Shown here piece after piece: positions 45,938 to 55,274 of a stretch of DNA of 64,000 nucleotides (position 1 is the first letter of the stretch; each line of letters starts with the position of its first letter). A program made the translations under genes and the position numbers. The stretch spans positions 25,460 through 89,459 of the forward strand of contig MEZH01000001.1 of assembly GCA_001775995.1 (NCBI GenBank), written 5' to 3'. This DNA comes from Candidatus Bathyarchaeota archaeon RBG_16_48_13. Its GTDB lineage: Archaea; Thermoproteota; Bathyarchaeia; RBG-16-48-13. The notes beneath the pieces are model-generated. The model did no database searches, was not told where the DNA came from, and was given only the letters and a program-made list of their open reading frames with translations.

Positions 45938-47242
45938 CTAGAAAGAGACCCTGATGGAACTAGGTTTCTTGCCAAAGATCTTCTCTGAGGCGTTCTGAAC
46001 CTTTGCCCTATGCTGTGGAATGGTATAGACTCTAACAATGTTCACGTATCCTGCTAGAGCGTCAACAAGTTGAGATACTTCTGAGAGCCGTCTCAGGGTC
46101 TTGCTCCCATCAGAATTCCGTTGGAATACTGGAATATCGCTGTTGAAGGTTTGAAGCGGGTTATAGGGAACGGATGGAACTGTTGGTACATCTATCATAA
46201 TGTAATCTGGGTCCACCTCACTCTCGGTGCTTATGTCATCCACTATTTTTTCTCGTACCTCATCTCTACTAATGATGTTTGTGAAGAACTGATCCTTATG
46301 ATGGAACATGACCTCATACGTACATTTCAACAGATTCCTGTTGTTGAACCGCTTGGCAAAGTCATAGGATATTCTCAGTCGTTTGTCTCTTTCGCCTTTA
46401 AGGCTAAGAAGACCTTGCATGACGCTTGAGTCGTCAAGTTCTAGATACTCCTCGGGACTTCTAAAATCAGTCAAGTGGATCTCGTCACGCGCATATTCCA
46501 TCGCTTTGATGAGTAGTATTCCTGCAGCTCTGACCGTTCTGTGGAAGTAGACCGCCTTGAACATTTCATAACGCGCAATCAATAACGATTCAAGAGCATA
46601 GAAGGCGGTGAGATCCATAGCCAAAATACCATCGACCAACTCAACGGAGTTTATTAGCCTATTTACATCCACTCGTCCATATTCAACTCCTGTGAAATGA
46701 GAATCCCTTGGTAAATAGTCCAGAATGTCAGCGCTGAATTGACCTGCTATGATTTGATTGACGAAACTATTTTTGGTTTCTTTCAAAGAACCGATCGCTA
46801 ACGTTGCCATTTCCTTAGGTGAAAAGCCGTTACTTGATAAGATATCTTTGACCTCACTTTTCTTGACAAGCCACTCAGTTAGTTCCTCGTGGGTGGTGTC
46901 GCGATATTTTTCTAGAAGTTCTTCATATACATGGGAGAATGGTCCATGCCCTATGTCGTGTAGTAGACCGGCAATTCGAAGTTTTTCAACCAATTCAATG
47001 TCTATGTACCCTTCTTGGACAAGATGGTTCGCAAATAGACCTGAAAGGTACATCACCCCCAGTGAGTGAACAAATCTGCTATGTTCTCCGCCTGCATAAG
47101 TTAGATGCGCACCTGCCAGCTGTTTTATTCTTCGAAGCCTTTGTAGAGGTAGCGCATCTATTATTTTTCGTTCAGCGTCAGTTATGTAGATGTAGCCATG
47201 AACTGGATCTCGAATCTCACTAACCCAGTCTTTCATTGTCAT
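45938..47242 (-). CDS. HD-domain phosphohydrolase, dNTP triphosphohydrolase-like (COG1078/SAMHD1-type architecture)
   Basis: 434 aa. RFVHSLGVM and LLHDIGHGPFSH form the HD motif. Size and layout fit archaeal COG1078 proteins. Confidence 0.7.
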   Translation of the reverse strand: MTMKDWVSEIRDPVHGYIYITDAERKIIDALPLQRLRRIKQLAGAHLTYAGGEHSRFVHSLGVMYLSGLFANHLVQEGYIDIELVEKLRIAGLLHDIGHGPFSHVYEELLEKYRDTTHEELTEWLVKKSEVKDILSSNGFSPKEMATLAIGSLKETKNSFVNQIIAGQFSADILDYLPRDSHFTGVEYGRVDVNRLINSVELVDGILAMDLTAFYALESLLIARYEMFKAVYFHRTVRAAGILLIKAMEYARDEIHLTDFRSPEEYLELDDSSVMQGLLSLKGERDKRLRISYDFAKRFNNRNLLKCTYEVMFHHKDQFFTNIISRDEVREKIVDDISTESEVDPDYIMIDVPTVPSVPYNPLQTFNSDIPVFQRNSDGSKTLRRLSEVSQLVDALAGYVNIVRVYTIPQHRAKVQNASEKIFGKKPSSIRVSF

Positions 47243-47312
47243 TCCTCGTCTGTTCTTCTAATTCAATATCAAGGAATATACATAAATTGATTTAGGAGAT
47301 TTAGTGATTTGA

Positions 47313-47915
47313 GTGAAAGAATTGCGGGACCGAGGTGTCTTAATAGCTATTGAGGGCCTCGACGGCAGCGGAAAGACTACTCACGCACGAATTTTGAACG
47401 AAAACTTGAGAAGATATGGGTATAATTCTGAGTATACCAAGGAACCGTCCATTGGGAAGATAGGCAGCTTCATCCAAAGCATGATCCTCTATGGCAACAT
47501 CATGACAGAACCTACGGTGGAAGCTCTACTCTTCGCTGCCGATCGTGTCGATCATATAAAGAGTTTTGTCGAACCTAGTCTCAGGCAAGGAAGAATTATC
47601 ATATCAGATAGATACGTTTACTCCTCGTTAGCTTACCAAGGAGCGAGAGGAGTCGACCTGAAGTGGCTGAGAAATATTAACGAGTTTGCGCCTAAAGCAG
47701 ATATTAGTTTTTATATAGATGTACCACCAGAGGTCGCCTTAAGTAGAAAGAGAGGGACAAAAAGCGTATTTGAACGATTGGATTTTCAAACTAGAGTTAG
47801 AAACATCTATTTGGAATTTGCAAGAGCGAAAGAACTACATTTGATAAGCGGCAATAATCCTCTAAATCGGGTACAGGAAGAGCTTCTGAGCAGTGTAGAG
47901 AATTTTCTCAGGTAA
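47313..47915 (+). CDS. tmk: Thymidylate kinase
   Basis: 200 aa with a GTG start. IEGLDGSGKTT P-loop, DRY motif, lid region RKRG. Confidence 0.9.
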   Translation: MKELRDRGVLIAIEGLDGSGKTTHARILNENLRRYGYNSEYTKEPSIGKIGSFIQSMILYGNIMTEPTVEALLFAADRVDHIKSFVEPSLRQGRIIISDRYVYSSLAYQGARGVDLKWLRNINEFAPKADISFYIDVPPEVALSRKRGTKSVFERLDFQTRVRNIYLEFARAKELHLISGNNPLNRVQEELLSSVENFLR

Positions 47916-47930
47916 GTTCGAAAATCGAAT

Positions 47931-48461
47931 CTAGACAACGCGCATATTCGAAATAATCAATCCTTTGAAGCCCGCTTTCTCCAACTTTTCGCTTATTTTC
48001 TTTAAGATGTAGATGAGAAGTTCACGAATTTGAATTCTACGAACACCTTGCTCATGGAAAACCAAGATCTCAAAAGTCTTAGAAGAGAAGAGGAAACGCA
48101 ATATGAAGTGATCAAATTTGAGAGGAACCCACTTCTCATTTTTGTTCCGGTGATATTTTACTATTAATAGAAAGTCAAGGATTGGCGAGGGATCGTTCCT
48201 AGTCAGCTGAAGCCAATACTGACTTACCTCATTGGGCTCTAAGTAATGGAAAAATGCGTCCTCAGCAATCCCAACCTCGAAGGAAGTAGCAACAACGAAA
48301 TCTTCACTACTATTGAATTCGAAAGCAGCGGTTTCCCTTATTGAGTTCAATTCACATAGACTCTGAATTATAAAGAATTGGATCTTATTGGAGACAAAGA
48401 CATGAGTAAGTCTGGCTCGTCCATGGTATTTATTTGGGAAATTTACGTATCGCCCAAACAT
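47931..48461 (-). CDS. Hypothetical protein
   Basis: 176-aa ORF filling the gap between tmk and the Hef locus. No motif recognised. Confidence 0.4.
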   Translation of the reverse strand: MFGRYVNFPNKYHGRARLTHVFVSNKIQFFIIQSLCELNSIRETAAFEFNSSEDFVVATSFEVGIAEDAFFHYLEPNEVSQYWLQLTRNDPSPILDFLLIVKYHRNKNEKWVPLKFDHFILRFLFSSKTFEILVFHEQGVRRIQIRELLIYILKKISEKLEKAGFKGLIISNMRVV

Positions 48462-48546
48462 ATCAGCTATTTATCCTTTCCAAAGAGATAAAAAGCATTT
48501 ATCTTCATCACTGGCTCTTACCAAGGATCGAAGATCTATATCTCAA

Positions 48547-48965
48547 ATGGCAGAAGAGTTTGCAGCGCCTTCATTAATTCATGGTGGGATTGCTGAAAGA
48601 AGAGAGTATCAAGAGAGAATTGTTCAGACAAGGCTAAGAGAGAATACCCTAATAATTCTACCAACTGGCTTGGGCAAGACCGTTATTGCCGCCATGGTGG
48701 CAATCGAAAGATTGAGAACCTTTCCTGATGGACGAATTTTGGCCTGGGCACCAACCAAGCCCTTGGTTGAACAGCATTGTATGAGATTCAAAGAATTCCT
48801 AAATCGGAGAAAGTACAATGTTAGTAGCTACTCAAGTTGCTGAGAAAGGATTAGACATAAGCGAGCGCGACTTGGTGATCTTATGATAACGTTCCCAATA
48901 CTATCCGATTTATTCAACGCCGTGGCAGAACAGGGGAAACGAGTCAGGGCGCATCGTGATTCTAT
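48547..48965 (+). pseudogene. hef: Decayed Hef helicase domain (large internal deletion plus several frameshifts)
   Basis: Frame 1 gives YQERIV..LPTGLGKTVIAAMVA..APTKPLVEQH (motifs I/Ia) and stops at 48843. Frame 2 gives LVATQVAEKGLDISERDLVIL (motif V). Frame 3 gives YDNVPNTIRFIQRRGRTG (motif VI). Frame 2 again gives SGRIVIL. Motifs II to IV are absent. Confidence 0.8.
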
Positions 48966-49779
48966 GGCAGAAAAACCAAAGGACGAAGCTTATTATTGGA
49001 TAGCAAGGTCTAGAGAAAGGAAAATGCAGGAGAGTCTATCTAGCATGCACCAGAAAACGAAAAAGGATGCTGAACTACTCAAACTCGATCATTTCATTAG
49101 TCAGAGGAGGGGGGTTTCGATAATATCAAACGAAAAAAAGATTCATATTCATATGGACAATAGAGAGACCTCATCTCTCATTGCCAGAGAGCTTTTGACT
49201 CTAGGTGCTGATGTCAAGCTATCCAATCTGCCAGTTGGAGATTATATCCTTTCCGACAGAATAGCAGTGGAACGCAAGAATTCAAATGACATGATTTCAT
49301 CGATCATCGACAGACGATTGTTTGACCAGTTGAAAGCTCTCAAAGAAGCGTATAGTGTTCCGCTTCTTCTTATAGAAGGAATTGACCTCTTGGGCATCAG
49401 AGGAATGCATCCTGAAGCCATAAGAGGAGCATTAGCTAGTGTGGTTGTCGATTACGGGATATCGATATTATGGACGATGAATCAAATGGAAAGTGCTCAA
49501 ATGCTCTATACTATTGCTAAGAGAGAACAAACGGAAAGAGAGACTCGGGTCACAATACGGGGCGAGAAGAAGCCTCCCTCGATAAAAGAGATGCAGGAAT
49601 TTTTGATAGCAGGTTTGCCAAACGTGGACTCAGTATTGGGTAAGCGACTTCTAGAGCACTTCGGAAGTGTGGAAGGAGTATTTTCTGCAACGAAAGAACG
49701 TTTAATGGAAGTACCAGGAATAGGAAAAAAGATTGCTGAAAAGATAAGGCTTGTTGCCTCTCATATGTACGGCAAGTGA
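48883..49779 (+). CDS. xpf: XPF/Hef-type ERCC4 nuclease with (HhH)2 domain
   Basis: 298-aa intact ORF. KDEAYYW linker, VGDYILSDRIAVERKNSNDMISSI (GDxnERKxxxD), C-terminal GLPNV..LLEHFGS..VPGIGKKIAEKI. Confidence 0.85.
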   Translation: MITFPILSDLFNAVAEQGKRVRAHRDSMAEKPKDEAYYWIARSRERKMQESLSSMHQKTKKDAELLKLDHFISQRRGVSIISNEKKIHIHMDNRETSSLIARELLTLGADVKLSNLPVGDYILSDRIAVERKNSNDMISSIIDRRLFDQLKALKEAYSVPLLLIEGIDLLGIRGMHPEAIRGALASVVVDYGISILWTMNQMESAQMLYTIAKREQTERETRVTIRGEKKPPSIKEMQEFLIAGLPNVDSVLGKRLLEHFGSVEGVFSATKERLMEVPGIGKKIAEKIRLVASHMYGK

Positions 49780-49780
49780 C

Positions 49781-50128
49781 TTATCGACTCCCTCGAATCC
49801 TCTTTATTCTCTCCAGAACCTCAAGAAATATGGAAAGCAGCGTGGCGATCTCCACGAGTTCTTTGGGGTCGTTCTTATCTGAAAGCTGCCTCTGAATTTC
49901 ATCAATTTTCTTAGTAATGGTCAGCTCTATCTGATGCAAAACAAGGCCACCATCGAGAATCTCCGTTTCGCTATTATTTTTTGCGATTATGATCCTTTTG
50001 TTGCATTTTGGACAAATGATGTCGCCCCTAACTTGGAAGAGAATAGTACCACATTCTGGACAAGTTGAAGCGAGCATCTTAGCCCCTCCCTTGAGAAGCT
50101 CGGCCATCCGCTTCACTTGATCATTCAT
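49781..50128 (-). CDS. UPF0148-like zinc-ribbon protein (autoantigen p27 family)
   Basis: 115 aa. MAELLKGGAKMLASTCPECGTILFQVRGDIICPKCN fits the family N-terminus as I recall it. Confidence 0.55.
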   Translation of the reverse strand: MNDQVKRMAELLKGGAKMLASTCPECGTILFQVRGDIICPKCNKRIIIAKNNSETEILDGGLVLHQIELTITKKIDEIQRQLSDKNDPKELVEIATLLSIFLEVLERIKRIRGSR

Positions 50129-50182
50129 AGAATCACCTGGAGGACATGATTTCGAGGGTGTCTTTTCATCTATTCTTATATT

Positions 50183-50527
50183 TTGAACTATAAGTTTTTA
50201 ATTAGTTTATGTTCAAGAAGTGTGGTAGATTTGGGAGAGGTTATTTTGGCAGCCCGAAAAAAGAAATTGCAGGAATACTTGGACCGTATCAGTCAAGCTG
50301 TTCCTATATTGAGCCGCGTATCTGAAGATTCTACAACACCAAGGAACATAAGGCGATCTGCAAAGTCGGCCATGGACGCGCTTCAGAGTTTGGAGTTCAC
50401 TCCTGCTGTGCGGGCCTCAAATGCAATAGCTACACTAGACGAGATTTCTCAAGATCCAAACATGCCGCCTTATACCAGGGTTCAGATATGGAATGTGGTT
50501 AGCATTCTTGAAGCAATAAAGGACTGA
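50183..50527 (+). CDS. UPF0147-like small helical protein
   Basis: TTPRNIRRSAKSAMDAL and ISQDPNMPPYTRVQIWNVVSILE match the UPF0147 pattern (PRNIRR, DPNMP, R..IW). The true start is probably internal. Confidence 0.55.
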   Translation: MNYKFLISLCSRSVVDLGEVILAARKKKLQEYLDRISQAVPILSRVSEDSTTPRNIRRSAKSAMDALQSLEFTPAVRASNAIATLDEISQDPNMPPYTRVQIWNVVSILEAIKD

Positions 50528-50661
50528 CTCTGCTTTACTATACATAATTCTAGAATACCATCAGCAAACGATTATTGCATATTACAATACTCTGCTAATG
50601 GTTTTGAAATATTGTTAAAGATTTTTAGAGAGTTCTGTAAGAATTTGTATTAGGGATTGAG

Positions 50662-51666
50662 ATGTCAGTTGTAAATAGTGTGCTGGAGCTCATAGGGAAT
50701 ACTCCGCTCATGAAGCTGAATAGAATTACCGCAGACGTCCGCGCGAATGTCTTGGTAAAATGCGAATTTATGAACCCCAGCGGAAGCATAAAAGATAGAA
50801 TGGCCCTTTGGATGATAGAAAATGCTGAAAAAGAGGGAAAACTGAAGAAGGAAGGGATGATAGTTGATTCCTCGACAGGAAATACTGGTATAGCTCTCGC
50901 ATTCATTGGAAATGTGAAGGGATACAAAGTACGCATTTTTATACCTGAAAAATGGGGAGCTGAAGGGTACAGTCCTGAAGACAGATTGAAAATTATGCGA
51001 TGTTTCGGTGCTGAAGTTGAGAAAGTTCCAGTTGAATTTGCAGCGACCCTAAAGCTAGCGGGTGGAGCTGCAGGTGGAGTAGTTGAACTTGGAGGAAGAA
51101 AGATTTGTTACGAAATGGAAAAGCAGGATCCAAAGGTTTGGTGGGCACGTCAGCTTTCAAACCCATACAACGTTTTAGCACATAAGAACACAACTGGTAA
51201 GGAGATTCTCGCCCAGACCCATGGGAAGGTTGATGCATGGGTGGCTTCGATAGGAACTGGCGGGACGTTACTCGGAGTCGCAGAGGCAATCAAAGAGGTG
51301 AATCCGCACGTCAAGATAATAGGGGTGGAGCCAGAGGCTACGCCTCTGACTGAATGGTACAAAACGGGGGAAATAGACAGAGTTGTGGAGCAGCTAGGCT
51401 TGCCGAAAACAAAGAACATAATCAACACTATACTTGATAGAAATATTCTTGATCGAGTAATAACCGTAAGCGACAAAGACGCTAGAGACACTGCAAACAA
51501 GCTTTGCGCAAATGAGGGGTTATTCTGTGGTCTATCCTCAGGAGCAAATGTTTATGCGGCATTGAAGATTGCAAAGGAATTAGGAACAGGAAATATAGTT
51601 ACGGTATTGGTTGATAGAAGAGATAGATATCTCGGTGAGTTTCCAGAAGAGCATTACGTGACTTAG
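50662..51666 (+). CDS. PLP-dependent cysteine synthase/cystathionine beta-synthase family enzyme
   Basis: 334 aa. NPSGSIKDRMA (PLP lysine), SSTGNTG, GTGGTL. Confidence 0.85.
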   Translation: MSVVNSVLELIGNTPLMKLNRITADVRANVLVKCEFMNPSGSIKDRMALWMIENAEKEGKLKKEGMIVDSSTGNTGIALAFIGNVKGYKVRIFIPEKWGAEGYSPEDRLKIMRCFGAEVEKVPVEFAATLKLAGGAAGGVVELGGRKICYEMEKQDPKVWWARQLSNPYNVLAHKNTTGKEILAQTHGKVDAWVASIGTGGTLLGVAEAIKEVNPHVKIIGVEPEATPLTEWYKTGEIDRVVEQLGLPKTKNIINTILDRNILDRVITVSDKDARDTANKLCANEGLFCGLSSGANVYAALKIAKELGTGNIVTVLVDRRDRYLGEFPEEHYVT

Positions 51667-51893
51667 TGGCATGTTTACACGAAACCAGTCTTGATGCTCT
51701 TTCAAAAGAAAAAAATCCGATCATAACGTTCGAGTATATTTCTACATGTAATGCCAGCATTTTAACAGCGATTGTCAAAACTGCTTTCTTAGTATGCATG
51801 TGACTTTTGAAAAGTGCTCTCTAATATAGCATAGAAATGCTGGTAAAACTTAAGAGTACATATGCATTCTAACAACAGAGAAGGTTAAGCCTT

Positions 51894-52085
51894 ATGAGTA
51901 AGAAGGACAAGTCGAAAAAGTCCGCACCAATGCCAGCTATGAGTGCAGGGTTGCTTCGTTTCTTTGAGGAGGAAACGACCGGAATAAAGGTGAAACCCGA
52001 GATTGTGATGGCCATCGCGGCTGCTCTAATAATGCTAGCCATATTAGGACAACTGCAAACAAATGGTTTACTGCCCTTTTTCTAG
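51894..52085 (+). CDS. Preprotein translocase subunit Sec61beta
   Basis: 63 aa. Basic N-terminus, SAGLLRFFEEE..GIKVKPE, then a single C-terminal TM helix. Confidence 0.75.
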   Translation: MSKKDKSKKSAPMPAMSAGLLRFFEEETTGIKVKPEIVMAIAAALIMLAILGQLQTNGLLPFF

Positions 52086-53200
52086 CCATGAATAAAATTC
52101 ATCAAGGATGTCTGCTCTATAGTGGGCAGAGGGCGAGCAGCTATCTTGCATTCTTTTCTGATGTTTTGTGCCAGGACTTCAGAAGAGCCAAAGCAAGTGT
52201 AAACTCGAGAGGGATTAACCTCTTTAACATAGTCTATCAAGTGAGGATAGTCCGCATGGCTGCTTAATGGAAATGCGCCGTTCGGGGTCTTAAATCTCAA
52301 TGCCCAGCCTGTAACCACGCTCCTTGCGGCTTTCCTCTCCGTTGGAATCATATTGCTGTTGCCATTAGATATCAAGTAAGCGCAATTACCGTGGCGAAGC
52401 AATTCTTGGCCTTCTTCCTCCGTAGAATCCAGAAAAACCAATTTGTGGTTGTATTTAGAATAGATATGACTTGCTCTGGCAATAGGGGGATCCACTACCA
52501 CCGGAAGATTGGTGAAGTCATTGAGCAAGGCGATAACCTCTTGCGCCTTTCCAATTGTATACAGCTGAAAGATGGGGACTCGGTTTTCCCTGATTTGTCT
52601 AATGACCCAACTAACAATATTGCCATAGGTGTCTTCTCGCTCGGGGAAAGCATAGAAAGGGTTACCGTAAGTGGCTTCCATTATAAGTATGTCACAATTG
52701 ACGATGGAAGCTGACTTTGTCGTCAATGTTTCCAAGAGATTCATATCGCCAGTATAAATGATCGTACCAAAAGGCGTCCTAATTTGAAATTGTGCAGAAC
52801 CTAAAATATGTCCAGAATCATGGGGAACTATCTCAACATCATCAAACCTAATCTTATCTGAATAAGATAAGACCTTCTTGTTATCAGCCTTCGTTCTGGT
52901 TTTTGCTTCATAGAGTTCGCATGTTTCTTGAGTCGCAATCTTTTGATTCTTCGAATCAAAACCCTTTGTGTGATCATTGTGAGCGTGAGAAATAAATATT
53001 GAACCAGAAACCGTTTTCTTGCAATTCTGCGGATCAAATGTGAGGAGGGTGTCCCTAGTCGATATTACTATGCCATTGTTCCAGCCCACTTGGAGGTCTT
53101 TCAAAGATGTAGATTTTCCCTCATTAACAATGGGAAGAGAAGGTGTAATTAAGAGTTGCCGGACTGAAAACTTTCTTAAGTACATCTCTAATAATCTCAC
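52082..53200 (-). CDS. beta-CASP MBL-fold nuclease, SNM1/Artemis-like
   Basis: 372 aa. ISHAHNDH (HxHxDH), SGHILGSAQF, YTGD, MEATYG (motif A), SSHAD (motif B). The motif C position (YTCFG) has no His. Confidence 0.6.
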   Translation of the reverse strand: MRLLEMYLRKFSVRQLLITPSLPIVNEGKSTSLKDLQVGWNNGIVISTRDTLLTFDPQNCKKTVSGSIFISHAHNDHTKGFDSKNQKIATQETCELYEAKTRTKADNKKVLSYSDKIRFDDVEIVPHDSGHILGSAQFQIRTPFGTIIYTGDMNLLETLTTKSASIVNCDILIMEATYGNPFYAFPEREDTYGNIVSWVIRQIRENRVPIFQLYTIGKAQEVIALLNDFTNLPVVVDPPIARASHIYSKYNHKLVFLDSTEEEGQELLRHGNCAYLISNGNSNMIPTERKAARSVVTGWALRFKTPNGAFPLSSHADYPHLIDYVKEVNPSRVYTCFGSSEVLAQNIRKECKIAARPLPTIEQTSLMNFIHG

Positions 53201-53247
53201 TACCCCTAACTAATCGTGTTCCTATAAAATGGAGGACGGTTGGAATA

Positions 53248-55050
53248 ATGGATGACTATCTCAACTCCGCTATAAGTCACTACAAATCATTATTCAATCT
53301 ACCCTCTTACAGAACCTTAGTGACTATTCTTTTCGTCTTGACTTCTGTAAGCGAAGGTGTAGCCTTTTCTTTCATCAAATATCAGTCGATCCTGACAGGT
53401 GTTGCTTTTGGAATTACGGCATTCTTCTTTCCATGTATTATGTCTGATTTCGTTACACAGAGAGCCTTCATGAGGGGTGATTCTCTCTTCACATTACGAA
53501 GACATGCTGGGCTATCATTGTTCTCATGCATTGTATGGGGACTATCTTCGATTATTGGAGCAGCTGCAACTAATTTGTCAACTACTGCATTTGACCTCTT
53601 TAGTAAATCTCTATTACTGAGTTTCGCTTTCGTGACGGCCTTTCGTTTCTTAATCATAAACTCAACTTCTTCATTGGGTACGGGGCGGAAGGTTGCGACA
53701 ATTCTTCTCCAGCCATTATTTTGCTTTGTTGTGGTCATTGCATATTTCCCAATCCTAGGAGCAAAAGATTTCTTCCTTATTCTTTTTGATACGATCACAC
53801 TGTTGGGTGCATCTATCGTCTTCAGTAGGATCATTGATTCATACGGCAAGAGGACAATAGGCATCGGTGCTATTGACCTTTTCAAAGCTTTTGTCAATAG
53901 TTGGGCTGAAGGAATACCAACTGGTCTGGAATACCAATTTGAGAAACTGGGAGAAGAGATTGATGTGGAAATTGATCTCTTGGCATTCGAGGATTGTGAA
54001 AATCCCTTTGCCATAATGGTTGTCCCAGCACTTCATCCAGGTCCATTCAGAAATGTTGGAAGCAGCACGATACCTTATGATATACAAGAAAAGCTATCGA
54101 ACAAGACTGGGGCGGTAGTCTGTGTACCCCATGGAACTGCGGGCCATGAACTGGACTTAACCTCAGCAGGACAACGTGAAAAAGTCATCCAGGCAGTAGT
54201 GGAATCCATTCCTATTAAGGGATCATTCAAAGGCATAACCCGAATGGTTAGAGTTGAGAAGGATTATTTCAAAGCGAGTTGCCAGGTGTTAGGAAGAAGC
54301 GCTTTGGTGACACTCACGTGTTCTCCAAGGAGTACCGAAGATCTGCCGACGTCTTTAGGTAAGGCCTTGACCAAATTCAGTTTGGACTCTGGATTAGACG
54401 GTGCTGTTATTATTGATTCACATAATTGCATAGAACAAGAGGCCTCATTCTTATCAATGGCAGATACTCTAGTTTTGCAGGAATGTGCCAAGGAAGCTAT
54501 AAGAAGGGTAGTAAATGAGAAGCGGAGCCACTTTGAGTGCGGAGTATCGCACATTGTCCCTGAGGAGTTCTCTATGAATGATGGAATGGGACCTGGAGGC
54601 ATAGTGGTTCTTGTCCTCAAAACGAAAAGTGATCATACAGCATATGTAACAATTGACGGCAATAATATGATCAAGGGAGTTCGGGAGAAGATTCTTGAAT
54701 CAATTATTAATTTAGGGATCAATGACTGTGAGATTTTCACGACCGATACTCACGTTGTTAATGCAATAGGCCCTTCGAAAAGAGGATATCATCCGATTGG
54801 TGAAAAAATTGACCAAAAAAAGCTACTCGACCTCATAAGGAAGGCAACACAAGAAGCTCTGAGTAACCTACGCGTGGCTAAGGTTGCTTTCAAGAAGATC
54901 AAGGTCAAAAAAGTAAAAGTATTGGGCGAGAAGAACATATTGGAAATCACGCGGCTAGTGGATGTCATTATGAAAAAAATAAAGACATTAGCTGTTACAA
55001 TATTTCTTCCAGCGATAATTCTAGCCGTTGCCTTAACAGCTTTCTTTTGA
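53248..55050 (+). CDS. Large polytopic membrane protein with C-terminal soluble domain (DUF2070-like by recollection)
   Basis: 600 aa. About six N-terminal TM helices, a soluble domain of about 330 aa and a terminal TM helix. Family assignment unverified. Confidence 0.45.
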   Translation: MDDYLNSAISHYKSLFNLPSYRTLVTILFVLTSVSEGVAFSFIKYQSILTGVAFGITAFFFPCIMSDFVTQRAFMRGDSLFTLRRHAGLSLFSCIVWGLSSIIGAAATNLSTTAFDLFSKSLLLSFAFVTAFRFLIINSTSSLGTGRKVATILLQPLFCFVVVIAYFPILGAKDFFLILFDTITLLGASIVFSRIIDSYGKRTIGIGAIDLFKAFVNSWAEGIPTGLEYQFEKLGEEIDVEIDLLAFEDCENPFAIMVVPALHPGPFRNVGSSTIPYDIQEKLSNKTGAVVCVPHGTAGHELDLTSAGQREKVIQAVVESIPIKGSFKGITRMVRVEKDYFKASCQVLGRSALVTLTCSPRSTEDLPTSLGKALTKFSLDSGLDGAVIIDSHNCIEQEASFLSMADTLVLQECAKEAIRRVVNEKRSHFECGVSHIVPEEFSMNDGMGPGGIVVLVLKTKSDHTAYVTIDGNNMIKGVREKILESIINLGINDCEIFTTDTHVVNAIGPSKRGYHPIGEKIDQKKLLDLIRKATQEALSNLRVAKVAFKKIKVKKVKVLGEKNILEITRLVDVIMKKIKTLAVTIFLPAIILAVALTAFF

Positions 55051-55274
55051 GAAAATTGTTACCAGAATTAAACATTAAAGAATCAATTTCTTACAGAGAT
55101 TTGTGTAAAATTCAGTTGACTTTGAATAAAGTACTTTAATTCATACTGTTTGACTTAATATCCAGGATCTCTAATAAGGAAAAAACGCGAATATGCAACT
55201 TTGTAGATTAATAAGAAATGGTGACAATATTCATTCACTGAATTCAGAATACCATTTCTGCTAGAGTAGGAGGT

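Noticed and set aside
53382-54014. Long antisense ORFs inside large genes. This one, plus 833-1216, 21177-21776, 36447-36953, 38484-39035, 43441-43914, 55817-56569 and 60428-61006
   Set aside because: Each is fully contained in a strongly supported gene on the opposite strand, with a Ser/Leu/Pro/Arg-biased translation.
55110-55160. Repeated TTGACTT motif upstream of nrdJ as a regulator box
   Set aside because: Only two short copies in an AT-rich spacer, which is easily chance. No palindromic structure.
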